From a bacterium (GTDB lineage: Bacteria > Myxococcota_A > Bradymonadia > UBA7976 > UBA1532), in NCBI GenBank assembly GCA_030427205.1, contig JAUHXC010000011.1, positions 236,016 through 275,942 on the forward strand: a DNA stretch of 39,927 nucleotides, given 5' to 3'. The notes beneath the pieces are model-generated. The model did not search any database. It saw only the letters and a list, made by a program, of their open reading frames with translations, and had not been told where the DNA came from. How positions within the stretch are numbered: position 1 is the first letter of the stretch; every line of letters begins with the position of its first letter. Positions 17,301 through 25,243 of this stretch are shown in pieces. The translations under genes and the position numbers were made by a program.

Positions 17301-20300
17301 CCTCCGACGGGTGGATGCCGTCGGCGACCAACTCGGCGAAGACCTCCTGCGGCGTACTCCAGTCGAGCCCGTGCATCGCGCGGCCGAGCAGGCCCGGCGT
17401 GCTGCGCACCACCTCGGCCTCGACCACCGGCGTCGACGCTCGGCTCGGCCGCGCCGGCCACCCCTTCGCTGGCCGGCGGCGGAGCTGAAGCGCGGGCGCG
17501 GCACCACCCCCGACGTCGAGGCTCGCCCCCGGCGCGAGCGCCTGCACCTTGGCGCACAGGTGCCGGTCCTCGGCGTTCGACGCGCAGAAGTCGGCGACCG
17601 AACTCTCCCACGCCATCGTCCCGTCGGGCTCGTAGCCTCGGAGCGCATCCGGGCGATCGTCCACCGGTCGGACCGACCGCGGGGTTTCGCGCAGCACCTT
17701 GCGCCCGGCGTCCGTCAGCCGCAGATGCACGGCCTTCGGCGACACCGCCACAACCCGGAGGAAGCCGGCCTGCTCCAGATCGGGCAGGTGCGCCCGCACC
17801 GGATCGTCGCCGAGCACCATCGCGCCCCACTCGTGCACCGACACTAGATCCGCGAGCGGCGGGCGCTGCATATGGGCCAGTCGGGCACCGAACTGCGGCG
17901 CGCGCACGTCGACCTTACGCGCCTTGCGCCGCCCGCGCTGGGCCTGGATCCGATCGTTCCCGGCGACCACCGCGTCCCGCCCGCGACGCAGCCGGGCGAC
18001 GTAGTCCCACACCATCTCGCGGGTGAGCCCGTCCCGCTCGAACTGCCCGGTCTGCTCGTACCGCTGCGCCTTGCGAATCGTCGCCTTCAAGCCTTCGAGG
18101 GCCTCGCGCAGCAGCTCTCGCCGGACCTTCTTCGTACGCGGGCTGCGCACGATGTCCTCGACCGCCGCTCGCCAACCGTCGGCATCGGTCAGCGGCACCG
18201 CGCCGCCCTGGAACCGCTTGCCCCGGTTGTGCGCCTCGTCGACGTCCCGCATCAGCGCCCGCAGCGTGCGGAACGACGGCGTGGCGATGGCGTCGGCGTA
18301 TGCATCGACGGATGGCATGGGCGTGTCAGCCGGCGGCTCGGCCTCGTCAACGACCCGCGGCGTGAAGTCCGGCAGGCCCGCGTACTCGCCGATGACCTCC
18401 TCACCGCCCCAGCGGCCGGACGGCTTCACTTCGCCGAGGACATGGCTCGGGTGGTCATCGAAGTAGCGCCCGCTGACGAACAGATCGTCCGGCGACGCCT
18501 TTGCGCCCGAACGCGCCCGCAAGAACACGACGTCGAGGGTCAGCCGGGCTCCGGGGAACAGCCCCGACGGCAGCCGGAAGGCCGCGAGCAGATCGGCCCG
18601 CTCGTCGACCCGGCGCCGCAGCTTCCCGTTCGATGATCCCGTCAGGAAGCCGCCGGGCACTAGGAAGGCACCGACACCGCCCGGCCGCAGCAGCGCCATG
18701 CCGCGCAGGATGAAGTACTGGTACGCCGCCTTGACCCGGAACCGGCGATCCTTGTCCTCGGTGATCTGCTCGCCGCGGGGGCCGTAGGGCGGGTTCGAGA
18801 CGATCACGTCGAAGCGGGCGTCGGGGTTCGCCTGGACCCAGCTCTCGAACGAGCCGACGTGCACCGCCGTCGAGGGCGTGGCGGTCTGTCGGAGGATGAG
18901 CGCCGACAGCGGCGCCAGCTCGACCGCGGTCCACTGCCAGTCGGGGAAGCCCGCGACATGCACGAACCGCCCGACGCCCGCCGAGGGTTCGAGGGCCTGG
19001 ATCGCCCCCGGCTTCACCAGCCGTCGAACGGCCGCGGTGATGTCGGCGCAGACCTTCCACGGCGTGTAGTACTCGTGGACCAGCGCCCGCTTGTTCGGCA
19101 GCGGGATGCCCGCCGGCCAGTCGTCGCGCACCTTGTCGATGCTCAGGCCGCCCCAGCCGCTATACTGGCGCATCCGCTGCACCTGGGCCGCGGTCGGCGT
19201 CGTTCCCGATCGCTCCAGCGCGTGTGCGAGCTGCACCGCGAGGATGTTGCCCCGCGTCCGCGCCGCGGGCGTCTCGGGGGCCTCGGGCCACTCGCTCTCG
19301 GCGCCGCCCGACGCCATTCCGGGCAACCCGTCCGATCCGGTTGCCCGGAATGGCGTGTCCGCCGACCCGTTCACCGCTGCCAGGAACCGCCGGGCTTCGG
19401 CCTCCGAGCCGAATACGAACCCGGGCACCGCGCCCCCGCGCCGATAGCGGCTGAAGTAGCCCGATGGCACCGGGCTATCCGGGTCGGCGGCCTGCTTGGC
19501 CAGCACCGTGAGGGCCTTGTACCGCTCGCGCGGCAGGCGCTCGATCAGCCGCACGGTCCAGATGTCGTGCCCGTCGCGGGTATGGCGACCGGCGATCAGC
19601 TCGAACCCCTCGGGCGTCTTTGGGGCCGTGGGGGTCGGGGCAGGCTCTCTCGTCGGCGCCGAGGGCTGTACCGCGACCGGCGCGGGCGGTCGCGGCTTGG
19701 GCTGAGCTGGCTTGGGCGTCTTGGGCGTCTTCGGCGCCTCCGCTGGCCCGCGTACCAGCCGAGGGCGTGGACCGCCGCGCCGCCGGGCCATGCGGAACGC
19801 GCGGTTCAGTACGTCCTCGGCCTTCTCCCGGGTCCCATCGGGCAAGTCCTCGACCAACCGCCGCGCCGTCTCGGCGAAGAAGGCGTCGATCACCTGATCG
19901 TTCGTCGCGCCGCGAGGAGCGACCCAGCTCATGGTCCGGTGCTTGTCGGTCCAGACCTCGAATCCGCTCTCGACCCGCTCGCGCCGGAAGCCCGACGTCA
20001 GCCGGCGCCGCAGCCCGCCGCGATCGAGCCCCCGCTTGCCCTCGCCGCGCGAGATGCGGATGGCGTCGAGCAGCCGCGCCCGCTGATCTTCATCCAGCCG
20101 CAGCCGGTAGCGACGCATCGCTGTGTTGATCGGCTCGACCGCCAGCAGGAACCCGGGGTCGGCCTCGACCGCCTCGACCTGACCAGCGGGGTTCACGTCG
20201 ACGAACTCCACCGGCAGGTGCAGTTCGAGCCCGTCGGGCAACGCGCCGATCGGGTAGACGGCCGTACCGCACACGACCCAGACACCGCGGGTCGGCCGGT

Positions 20301-23300
20301 TGAGCCGGGCCGCAGCCTCGCGGATCATCCACGCGGTGTGACCGGCCTCGGCCACCTCGGCGGGCGGCTCGCCCACGTCGACCCGCAGGGTTTGCTGATC
20401 GCCCTTGGGCATTCCGGGCAACCCGACCTCTCCGGTTGCCCGGAATGCCGGGGTCGCTGCCGGCTGGTCGTAGAGCTCGAGGGCGGCCCGCCGCGCGGCG
20501 GCGAAGCTGCGATGATCGGGGCCGACGATCTTCCAGCGGCCGCCGACCGACTGCTCGACCCGATAGGCGCCACGCTTGCCGCTCTTGCTGAACCGCACGC
20601 GCTTGTCGGGCGACGTGTAGACCGGCGGCTTCGTACCGCTGCGGGTCCACGTCTTCATCGCCGCCTGAACGTCGAAGACCGAGCGGGGTTGCGCCGCCGG
20701 ACCGTCGTTCGCGGTCAGCGCGGCGATCCGGTCGGCCAGCCACTTCTTGCGCTCACCGATGCCCTTGCCGGCGAGCGGCGCGAGCAACGTCAGCCCGAGC
20801 GCCTGCGCCGGCTTGGCCAGCAGCTCGACGTAGGCCCGCGACGCGATGACCTCGACCACGGCGCCCCGCCCAGCGAGCCGCGCGAGCGCGGGGCTCACCT
20901 GCGCGACCCACGCGGCGCGCTGCTCGCCCGTCAGGTCTTGCGCCCGCTTGTCGTACGGCTCGACGGGCTCGTCCGGCCCGACGACGCCGAGCCCGGCCGA
21001 GACGATCGCCCACGGCAAGCCTCGGGCCTCGGCGTACCGACGGCGCAGATTCCACAGCGCCCCGCGGTACAACGCCTGAGCTGCGACCGGCCCGGAGGCG
21101 ACCTTGCTCTTCACGCACCCGACGAGCACAAACGTCGGGTCAGCGGCGGACTCGGCGGCCATTCCGGGCACCCCGTCCGCTCCGGTTGCCCGGAATGCAG
21201 CACCGTCCAGGGGCAGCCGCTCGACAAGGCTCGCCAGCATCGCGCTGGCCCGGTCGAACGGCCCGACCCCGTCGAAGTCACCGGACCACGCGCGGCTCCA
21301 GTACCAGCCGTCGTCCTTGAGGTTGATGGTGACCGTGGTCTCGCCGCCGCCGTTGTGGCACGTCACCACCCGCAGTGTGGCGGTCATCGCATGGAAGACC
21401 GGGCAGCCGTGGTCGCGCAGCCGGTACTTCAGCCAGCGCAGATCGAAGCCCGACCCCTCGTTGGTGGGGGGCTCGAAGAGCGCGGTGACCAGCCGGCCGA
21501 CGGACTGCCCGATCTCCCGATCGGTGCCGGTCTGGCCGTTGTTCTCCAAGGTCCAGGCAGGCTTGCGCTGCCACCAGCGGTCGCTGATGACCTCGGCCTT
21601 AGCCAGTCGGGCGACCACCGGCGCGTCGGCCAGTGGCGAGAGGTCGATGCGGTCGCCCACCTTCGCGACGGCGAGCAGCTTGCGCATCATCCGGTGAGTC
21701 ACGGCGCTGGCGGCCCGGCCAGCGTCATCGATCTCGCCCGTACGGGGGATCGACGCCAGTGGCCCGATCTCGGCCGACGGGGGAGGTTGCCCCGTCGCCT
21801 CGACCGCCGCCCGTCGAGCAGTGGCGAACTTCTCCGGCCCCGCGTGGATGGTCCAGGTCCGGCCGGCGCCGAGTCGCAGCACGTACCACCGCTTGCCCGC
21901 GCGTAGCACCACGGTACCCCCGTCGGGCGCGATGTGGACCTTCGTCCCGTCGCTGGGGTGCACGACCGATCGGAACTCGTAGGCGTTGGCCGCCTTCGGC
22001 GCGGTCTGCCGAGGCCGCAGGGGCACGGTGTTGTCGACATAGGCCGCGTACCACCCCAGGTTCACGAGGTTGACGACCCGGGCGGCGGTCCACCGCTGCC
22101 CGCTCTGGTCGCGGAAGACGGCGCCCTCGAACTGCGCCTGCTCACCCGTCGCGGTCAGCGCCCATCGCGGGCCGTCGGGCGCGGCCACGAACAAGCGTCG
22201 CACCTTGCCGACCTCGCTCAATGTCGAGACCGGGTGCGCGTGGGGTGGGATCGACGGCGCTGGCCCCGGATGCGGCGGTGCGCCGTAGATCTCATCGGGC
22301 ACCGGCGCCGCCGGCTCGTCGACCGCCGGGATGGTCGGCGGCGGGCTCTCGGCCATCACCTCGGCCGCCCGATCCCGCGCGGCGATGTAGAGCTGGACGT
22401 CCGCTGCTGTAGCCATCGGCTGGGCCAACTGCTCGCGGGCGAAGGTGTGCACCGTTCGAGCGGCGTCATGCCGACCTTGCGCCTGCTCCTTCCTGGCGAT
22501 CCGCTCGTCGGCCCACCGGCGACCCTTCGCCGCTCGCACCTGGGCCGCGTCGAGCCAGCGCCACGCCCGCTCTCCGTCGACGGTGGTCGCCTCGAACGGG
22601 ATCGGCATGTCGTGCGTCTCGCGCATCTGCACGGTGCGCTCGACCAGTCGCTTGATCTGAGCTGGCGTCCAGCCGCACCGCTCGTTCAGCGCCGAGACCC
22701 GCACGGTGCCGGCCTCGGCCACCGCGATGAGGAACCGCCGCTGGTCGCCGTCGAGTACGTGGTCGAAGGCCGCCGCCGCCGGCCAGTGGGCGGCCAATCG
22801 CTGCGACGCTGCGGGCCCGACCGCGCGGGCCACCGCGTTCATCGGGATCAGCACGGTGCGCTCACCACGCCGCTTCGGCCGGAACCACGCTCGCCCCGTG
22901 GGCCCGTCGACCCGCCAGGGCCCGTGCCGCTCTCCGCGGCGGTCGACGATGCTCATCAGCCCGTCGTCGTGAACCTCGACGACCTCGAACCGGTTGAGGA
23001 TCTCGGTCACGAACCAGTCGCCGAGCGCCACCGTGAGCGACTCGCTCGTAGCGGTTTCGGCCTCGGCCACCGGCTCGGGCGGCTTCAGCCCCATCCACTC
23101 CCACGTCCGCTCGCCCCGTAGTCGACTCTGCTTCACCGGCAGAGGCATGCCCTTGCGCTTGAGCCCGCGCAGCCGCTTCAGCGCCCGGTCGATCGCCTCG
23201 ACCGACCACCCCAGCCGCTCCGTCAGGTCCGACTCGGTGGCGAAGTTCAGGTCGGCGAAGGCGATCATCAGCCGCCGCAGCTCCGCATCGAGCCAGCCAC

Positions 23301-24174
23301 CGAAGCGCCGTACGTCGAACCAGTACAGCGCCAGCCGCCGGGGGTCGTCGTCGGTGAGGGCCTTCGCGGTGGGATTGACGGGCACGAACTCGGCGCGCCG
23401 GTCGAGCAGTCGCGGCCGGAACCATGCGTGCTCGGCGCCAACGGTCCACGGTCCGATCCGACCGCCGCGGCCGTCGCCGACGTGCACCCGGTCATCGCGG
23501 TGCACCTCGAGCACGACGTAGGTGTCGAAGTCGGCGGTCACCAGCCGATCGCCGTCCTGCAGGCCTTCCCATCCGCGCCAGCGCCACGACGGGCGACCGC
23601 TCGACTTGCCCTCGATGAACGGCACCCGGACGCCGACCTTGAACGCCCAATCGACGACCGCCTTGGCGATGTGGCCGATCGCGCTGTCGCGCTTGAGGCC
23701 AAACGCCTTCAGCGCCTTCGCCTGGGTGAGCGCCCGCTTGCTCTCCTGAACCAGCGCCAAGAACCGCCGACCCCGCGCCGGCAGGTCGTCGAGCGGCACC
23801 GGAGAGCCCACGGGTTCAGCCGACTGGCTCGGCCGCCGCGGAGCGGGGCTCTTCGTCGCCGCCGGCTTCCTTGTCGTGCGGGTCTTCTTCGCCGCCGGCT
23901 TCTTCGCTGCGCGGGTCTTCTTCGCCGTGCTCGGCGCCACCTCCCGCGCGCAGCTCGGCACCGCCTGATCGGTCTTCCGATACCGTCCGGCGCCGACTTC
24001 CTCGATCGCCCCGCGGGCCACCATCTGCGACGCCATCCGCCGGGTATGCCCCGCGTACCGGTGGCACGCGCTCGCTTGCAGCTCATCGAGGCTGAACACC
24101 TCGGCGACCCGGCTCAGCACCTCGCGCTGGCGCACGGTCGGCGCCCGCTTCGCGGTCTTCGATCGACGGCTCAT
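11365..24174 (-). CDS. Giant multidomain protein (about 4269 aa). N-terminal basic, histone-H1-like tract; repeated approx 100-aa modules (…VVEVH…GPW…AWFRP…); three modules ending in FRATG-x3-(L/V)PGM; N6-adenine DNA methyltransferase domain; C-terminal SNF2-family helicase. Methylase-helicase type protein as found in phage and plasmid anti-restriction proteins.
   Basis: MTase motif I EPSAGVGRF and motif IV VIVSNPPYG. Helicase motifs I AAYGVGVGKTFTA, II LLIVDEAQNY, III LLSATPAKNSPLELYNLW, VI QRNGRAVRQG. Likely ATG at 24174 overlapping the stop of the upstream gene (ATGA). The long antisense ORFs on the plus strand are interpreted as shadows of this gene. Confidence 0.85.
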   Translation of the reverse strand: MSRRSKTAKRAPTVRQREVLSRVAEVFSLDELQASACHRYAGHTRRMASQMVARGAIEEVGAGRYRKTDQAVPSCAREVAPSTAKKTRAAKKPAAKKTRTTRKPAATKSPAPRRPSQSAEPVGSPVPLDDLPARGRRFLALVQESKRALTQAKALKAFGLKRDSAIGHIAKAVVDWAFKVGVRVPFIEGKSSGRPSWRWRGWEGLQDGDRLVTADFDTYVVLEVHRDDRVHVGDGRGGRIGPWTVGAEHAWFRPRLLDRRAEFVPVNPTAKALTDDDPRRLALYWFDVRRFGGWLDAELRRLMIAFADLNFATESDLTERLGWSVEAIDRALKRLRGLKRKGMPLPVKQSRLRGERTWEWMGLKPPEPVAEAETATSESLTVALGDWFVTEILNRFEVVEVHDDGLMSIVDRRGERHGPWRVDGPTGRAWFRPKRRGERTVLIPMNAVARAVGPAASQRLAAHWPAAAAFDHVLDGDQRRFLIAVAEAGTVRVSALNERCGWTPAQIKRLVERTVQMRETHDMPIPFEATTVDGERAWRWLDAAQVRAAKGRRWADERIARKEQAQGRHDAARTVHTFAREQLAQPMATAADVQLYIAARDRAAEVMAESPPPTIPAVDEPAAPVPDEIYGAPPHPGPAPSIPPHAHPVSTLSEVGKVRRLFVAAPDGPRWALTATGEQAQFEGAVFRDQSGQRWTAARVVNLVNLGWYAAYVDNTVPLRPRQTAPKAANAYEFRSVVHPSDGTKVHIAPDGGTVVLRAGKRWYVLRLGAGRTWTIHAGPEKFATARRAAVEATGQPPPSAEIGPLASIPRTGEIDDAGRAASAVTHRMMRKLLAVAKVGDRIDLSPLADAPVVARLAKAEVISDRWWQRKPAWTLENNGQTGTDREIGQSVGRLVTALFEPPTNEGSGFDLRWLKYRLRDHGCPVFHAMTATLRVVTCHNGGGETTVTINLKDDGWYWSRAWSGDFDGVGPFDRASAMLASLVERLPLDGAAFRATGADGVPGMAAESAADPTFVLVGCVKSKVASGPVAAQALYRGALWNLRRRYAEARGLPWAIVSAGLGVVGPDEPVEPYDKRAQDLTGEQRAAWVAQVSPALARLAGRGAVVEVIASRAYVELLAKPAQALGLTLLAPLAGKGIGERKKWLADRIAALTANDGPAAQPRSVFDVQAAMKTWTRSGTKPPVYTSPDKRVRFSKSGKRGAYRVEQSVGGRWKIVGPDHRSFAAARRAALELYDQPAATPAFRATGEVGLPGMPKGDQQTLRVDVGEPPAEVAEAGHTAWMIREAAARLNRPTRGVWVVCGTAVYPIGALPDGLELHLPVEFVDVNPAGQVEAVEADPGFLLAVEPINTAMRRYRLRLDEDQRARLLDAIRISRGEGKRGLDRGGLRRRLTSGFRRERVESGFEVWTDKHRTMSWVAPRGATNDQVIDAFFAETARRLVEDLPDGTREKAEDVLNRAFRMARRRGGPRPRLVRGPAEAPKTPKTPKPAQPKPRPPAPVAVQPSAPTREPAPTPTAPKTPEGFELIAGRHTRDGHDIWTVRLIERLPRERYKALTVLAKQAADPDSPVPSGYFSRYRRGGAVPGFVFGSEAEARRFLAAVNGSADTPFRATGSDGLPGMASGGAESEWPEAPETPAARTRGNILAVQLAHALERSGTTPTAAQVQRMRQYSGWGGLSIDKVRDDWPAGIPLPNKRALVHEYYTPWKVCADITAAVRRLVKPGAIQALEPSAGVGRFVHVAGFPDWQWTAVELAPLSALILRQTATPSTAVHVGSFESWVQANPDARFDVIVSNPPYGPRGEQITEDKDRRFRVKAAYQYFILRGMALLRPGGVGAFLVPGGFLTGSSNGKLRRRVDERADLLAAFRLPSGLFPGARLTLDVVFLRARSGAKASPDDLFVSGRYFDDHPSHVLGEVKPSGRWGGEEVIGEYAGLPDFTPRVVDEAEPPADTPMPSVDAYADAIATPSFRTLRALMRDVDEAHNRGKRFQGGAVPLTDADGWRAAVEDIVRSPRTKKVRRELLREALEGLKATIRKAQRYEQTGQFERDGLTREMVWDYVARLRRGRDAVVAGNDRIQAQRGRRKARKVDVRAPQFGARLAHMQRPPLADLVSVHEWGAMVLGDDPVRAHLPDLEQAGFLRVVAVSPKAVHLRLTDAGRKVLRETPRSVRPVDDRPDALRGYEPDGTMAWESSVADFCASNAEDRHLCAKVQALAPGASLDVGGGAAPALQLRRRPAKGWPARPSRASTPVVEAEVVRSTPGLLGRAMHGLDWSTPQEVFAELVADGIHPSEAAQAVATAHMEKTGGGPGDVKRFAEALRFEMAQPVEPVQSGGEPTVPPGRGVFAWRAGSSDVIPLFDASTLQPQALNLDGAMQVLAGFHRGPWVIEVREAYPAPHMVTERVQEAFERHARRHGVEVAEVRFGVSERDDRGLLPPVEPIALPAPKMPPIDESRPRQSKAAAQRRAVRFAGTQKTAPLLTTVWHTQGRAIGRSMVRLVEIPTDHRGEQQWLDRKGKLAEGWPTADQNMTVDLLQRIEEMEPAVVATADVKALRDALLNKALTSDPIWRVHDGQLYVEPGSAANKRLQRHIGPARGANLLTKLDRAYLRPMFAKAKGSVTVRVLGRDTERGIEWGNHLLVLDRADGERHMVAPMRFSDVEQLVEVAGRPIISRRSIESDDEGPAKPQPKKTLAPGFANLEMDSGRAWKPRKPRKAGLPAGLRDVEMERQVAPDLAAAIERAKFFTDPNDPVLRGIRVGGGLVLATDGQNLIELAHGAEDDPMRVVDPDGRALDVDYPDPAELLRPADPVATVDPAPLGALFNRLRKMTTSPAALEVDGVRLLLDGTLLRGARVAPGSASGQWSFELPRLRMALNGARTGRLLLGAGTAPTVIERADGERHLIAPVADPSCAVCLPTEPDPPPAPPKGPDEGQLAAVLSQRVAQYEASDTTRRMMLHAELAGALDAFAEIFGRRLATLEAPVGIPELALDVSDARQLLTMHPAGVPLDRVANVDDLLRRGWRLDANRLLPRDDYLSGNLWTRLDRLEALPSNYRHVADSQRKELEDAIGDVSFADIADRISLRDGWLPLGVIGAFLGSFRRGEKTPVAIDRKDGVVQFRGEKYSYDDITDRFANTSSIRLILGYINHDEYVFRPKKPKSEDINKVRRAKADEFERRFKAFLSTRPDIRDRVAEAYRRAHRGFVQRRYSGDPLRLARWGAQITPHPHQNAGARRAVDQRGMVAAYGVGVGKTFTACATVALARQNVGTRRPVILVPNSLVSKWQRDIHKALPDYAVVTIGEKATPGRHGGLKYGPDNKDDREVKWRRFAAGLYDLALVTPAAFMRTGITADEFERLAAGATELQRSVRLAQRTARNRTNPSERQQALLEQGVRAFLAQMMELPPSWKADDIRWSELGVDLLIVDEAQNYKGLHSPENREGSIPRFMGQSSASKRAWNLDARARDVRARDGFVVLLSATPAKNSPLELYNLWSYVNGELWRDHGIHDPEAFISRFLTIEPRLVIDATMEASERPAVTGFQRLDELKAILLRWGEFIQPPDIGLEVPEPTTELVEVDMDEAQEDKYETYVTRIEAELDAMRRGDKSNKVLGLLARMGLVAVHAEMDRGLDYKSAQGYRPNSPKFDAIADYIAGNTFCGHIVFLQAIAGHRWLKETLVKRGLKASRIGVLNGQLAKSSDARQRIADRFNEGKLDVVIANSIAYEGLDLQTRTCAIHHADLPWEPATLNQRNGRAVRQGNTLSTVAIRYYFSRRSMDGLRFNLIQGKQGWMGALLEGSDAIANPGADLELGPDEVLLLISRTPDETRKRLDKLRAAAEAKRRADEAARAIKLLESGASQLVEARDAVDPERAERLLAGADAAFDAVARIDRDIWPWAGLLAAARKAGAHDILARQGTPPLFPGSWLRWDDDWYEVGRFGWQGTHRMIWLRLAGDASWEGHKVANVARDKTDDDVSPTRPADVADNWTDGVERLVKSTIANPYRGWQAMGWSHAAPAWLETAWPRVEATAKAEIASIRASYFGSNYGPAETRFPFDLNGEVYIHRRGGKPPEGAVLLPPTQAGWARWLRLAANDEHKYALRDDTSKWWWGRPLRPGMQRTRTNPSHRRPQSRAMAPDPYGDGMQLPPQTPIGSYLVLGIDHAQRLVWLDQTRRMSAAQALQKKVPPDIPLVVIVKVENNGMGPTRHRKLVGGDAVHVRATELVQDAGIVIAADGTNAVAAVLTARDLTGAYAANERRVPAGVPRTVIGTVRHRYRSAS
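19315..19352. repeat. 38-bp palindromic element, copy 2 (CATTCCGGGCAAC-N12-GTTGCCCGGAATG), in frame in the giant gene, encoding FRATGSDGLPGM.
   Basis: Read directly. 13-14 bp perfect arms. Confidence 0.8.
20410..20447. repeat. 38-bp palindromic element, copy 3, in frame in the giant gene, encoding FRATGEVGLPGM.
   Basis: Read directly. Perfect arms. Confidence 0.8.
21160..21197. repeat. 38-bp palindromic element, copy 4, in frame in the giant gene, encoding FRATGADGVPGM.
   Basis: Read directly. One arm mismatch (GTG for TTG), the same as in copy 1. Confidence 0.8.
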
Positions 24175-24745
24175 CGCAGGATCCCGTGGGCATTGATGGT
24201 GAAGTTGCTCGGCCCGCGCTCGATCTGCCCGGCCACCAGCCGCGGCCCCGGCCGGTCGAACGGATGGCGCCACCATGCGTCGGTCGAGCCCTTGCGGGTG
24301 TCGTAGACGATCGCGTCGATCACGCCCGCCGGGCTCTCGGGCGCCACCCCGCCCTCGGCGACCAGCCACAGCTCGTCCATGACCGCCGACGTCACGAGCC
24401 ACACCGGCCCACCGCGCGGCTCGACCTCGACCCCGCCCCGCAGCTCGATGCGCACCAGCCGGCCCAGCTCGACCAGATCGCCCGGCGCCCCGTCCGGCCG
24501 CCGCACCGCGCGCTCACCGCCCGGCTCCAAGCCCCAATGCAGCAACCGCCACGTCTCCTCGACCGGCTGGCGCACCTCGACCGACTCGACCGCCGCCTCG
24601 ATCCCGGCGACCGCCGCCCGGACTCCGGCCCCCACGAGCCGCAGCCCATCGCCGCGCTCGACCCGCACCGCGCCCTCGGGCACCAGCTCAGTGCCGTCGA
24701 CGAGGCGCAGCCGGACCAGCTCGCCGATATCGGTCCAGCGCGCCA
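24171..24745 (-). CDS. Hypothetical protein (191 aa), translationally coupled to the giant gene.
   Basis: ATG at 24745 overlaps the upstream stop (ATGA). Its stop overlaps the giant-gene ATG (ATGA). The longer N-terminal extension in the ORF track is Arg/Gly-rich and overlaps a better ORF, so it was discarded. Confidence 0.5.
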
Positions 24746-25243
24746 TCAGCTCAGCCGCCGCCGCAGCAACTCGACGCCGGTTGCGACCCCGAGCGCGGCC
24801 AGCAGCCACCCCCACGACGGACCGTCGTCGGCGACCGCGTCCACCAGCTTGCCGAGCTTGCGCCGTACCGCCGGGTCGTCGGTCTTGCGCGCCTCCTCGG
24901 CCACTGTCTGCGCGAACAGCCGCCGTGCCTCGACCAGCCGGGCCTCCTCGTTCGAGATCCACGCCCCGATCGTCGCGACGGTCACCACGACAGCCCCGCC
25001 GACCACGAGGTGCGGCAGCGCCCCGAGCGGCACCCTGTTCGGCAGCTTGTTGACCCCGCCGAGGAAGTGCTCGATGACCTCGTAGATCCAGCCGCGCACC
25101 TTGAGCACGAGCTTGCGCTTGGTCTCGATCGCCGCCGAGTCGACCTTCCCGTGCCGCGCCAACTGCAACCAGCCGACCGCCACCCGATCGAGCCGCTGCG
25201 CCCACCCCCACGCCTGCCGGCGCCACGAGTCCTGCCAGCTCAC
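24746..25243 (-). CDS. Small membrane protein (165 aa, two hydrophobic segments).
   Basis: ATGA overlap with the upstream gene. Hydrophobic segments PHLVVGGAVVVTVATIGAWI and WGWLLAALGVATGV. Confidence 0.55.
   Translation of the reverse strand: MSWQDSWRRQAWGWAQRLDRVAVGWLQLARHGKVDSAAIETKRKLVLKVRGWIYEVIEHFLGGVNKLPNRVPLGALPHLVVGGAVVVTVATIGAWISNEEARLVEARRLFAQTVAEEARKTDDPAVRRKLGKLVDAVADDGPSWGWLLAALGVATGVELLRRRLS

Noticed and set aside
13888-17847. 1319-aa plus-strand ORF, and similar long plus-strand ORFs at 18859..21906, 11386..12876, 17872..18636, 21934..23121 and 23428..24306.
   Set aside because: They lie antisense to, or out of frame within, the giant minus-strand gene. Their translations are Arg/Gly/Pro-rich low-complexity with no motifs, typical shadow ORFs in 70% GC DNA.
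24171-25226. 351-aa version of the gene upstream of the giant ORF.
   Set aside because: The N-terminal 160 aa are Arg/Gly-rich and overlap a better membrane-protein ORF (24746..25243) in another frame. The start at 24745 gives ATGA coupling consistent with the rest of the operon.
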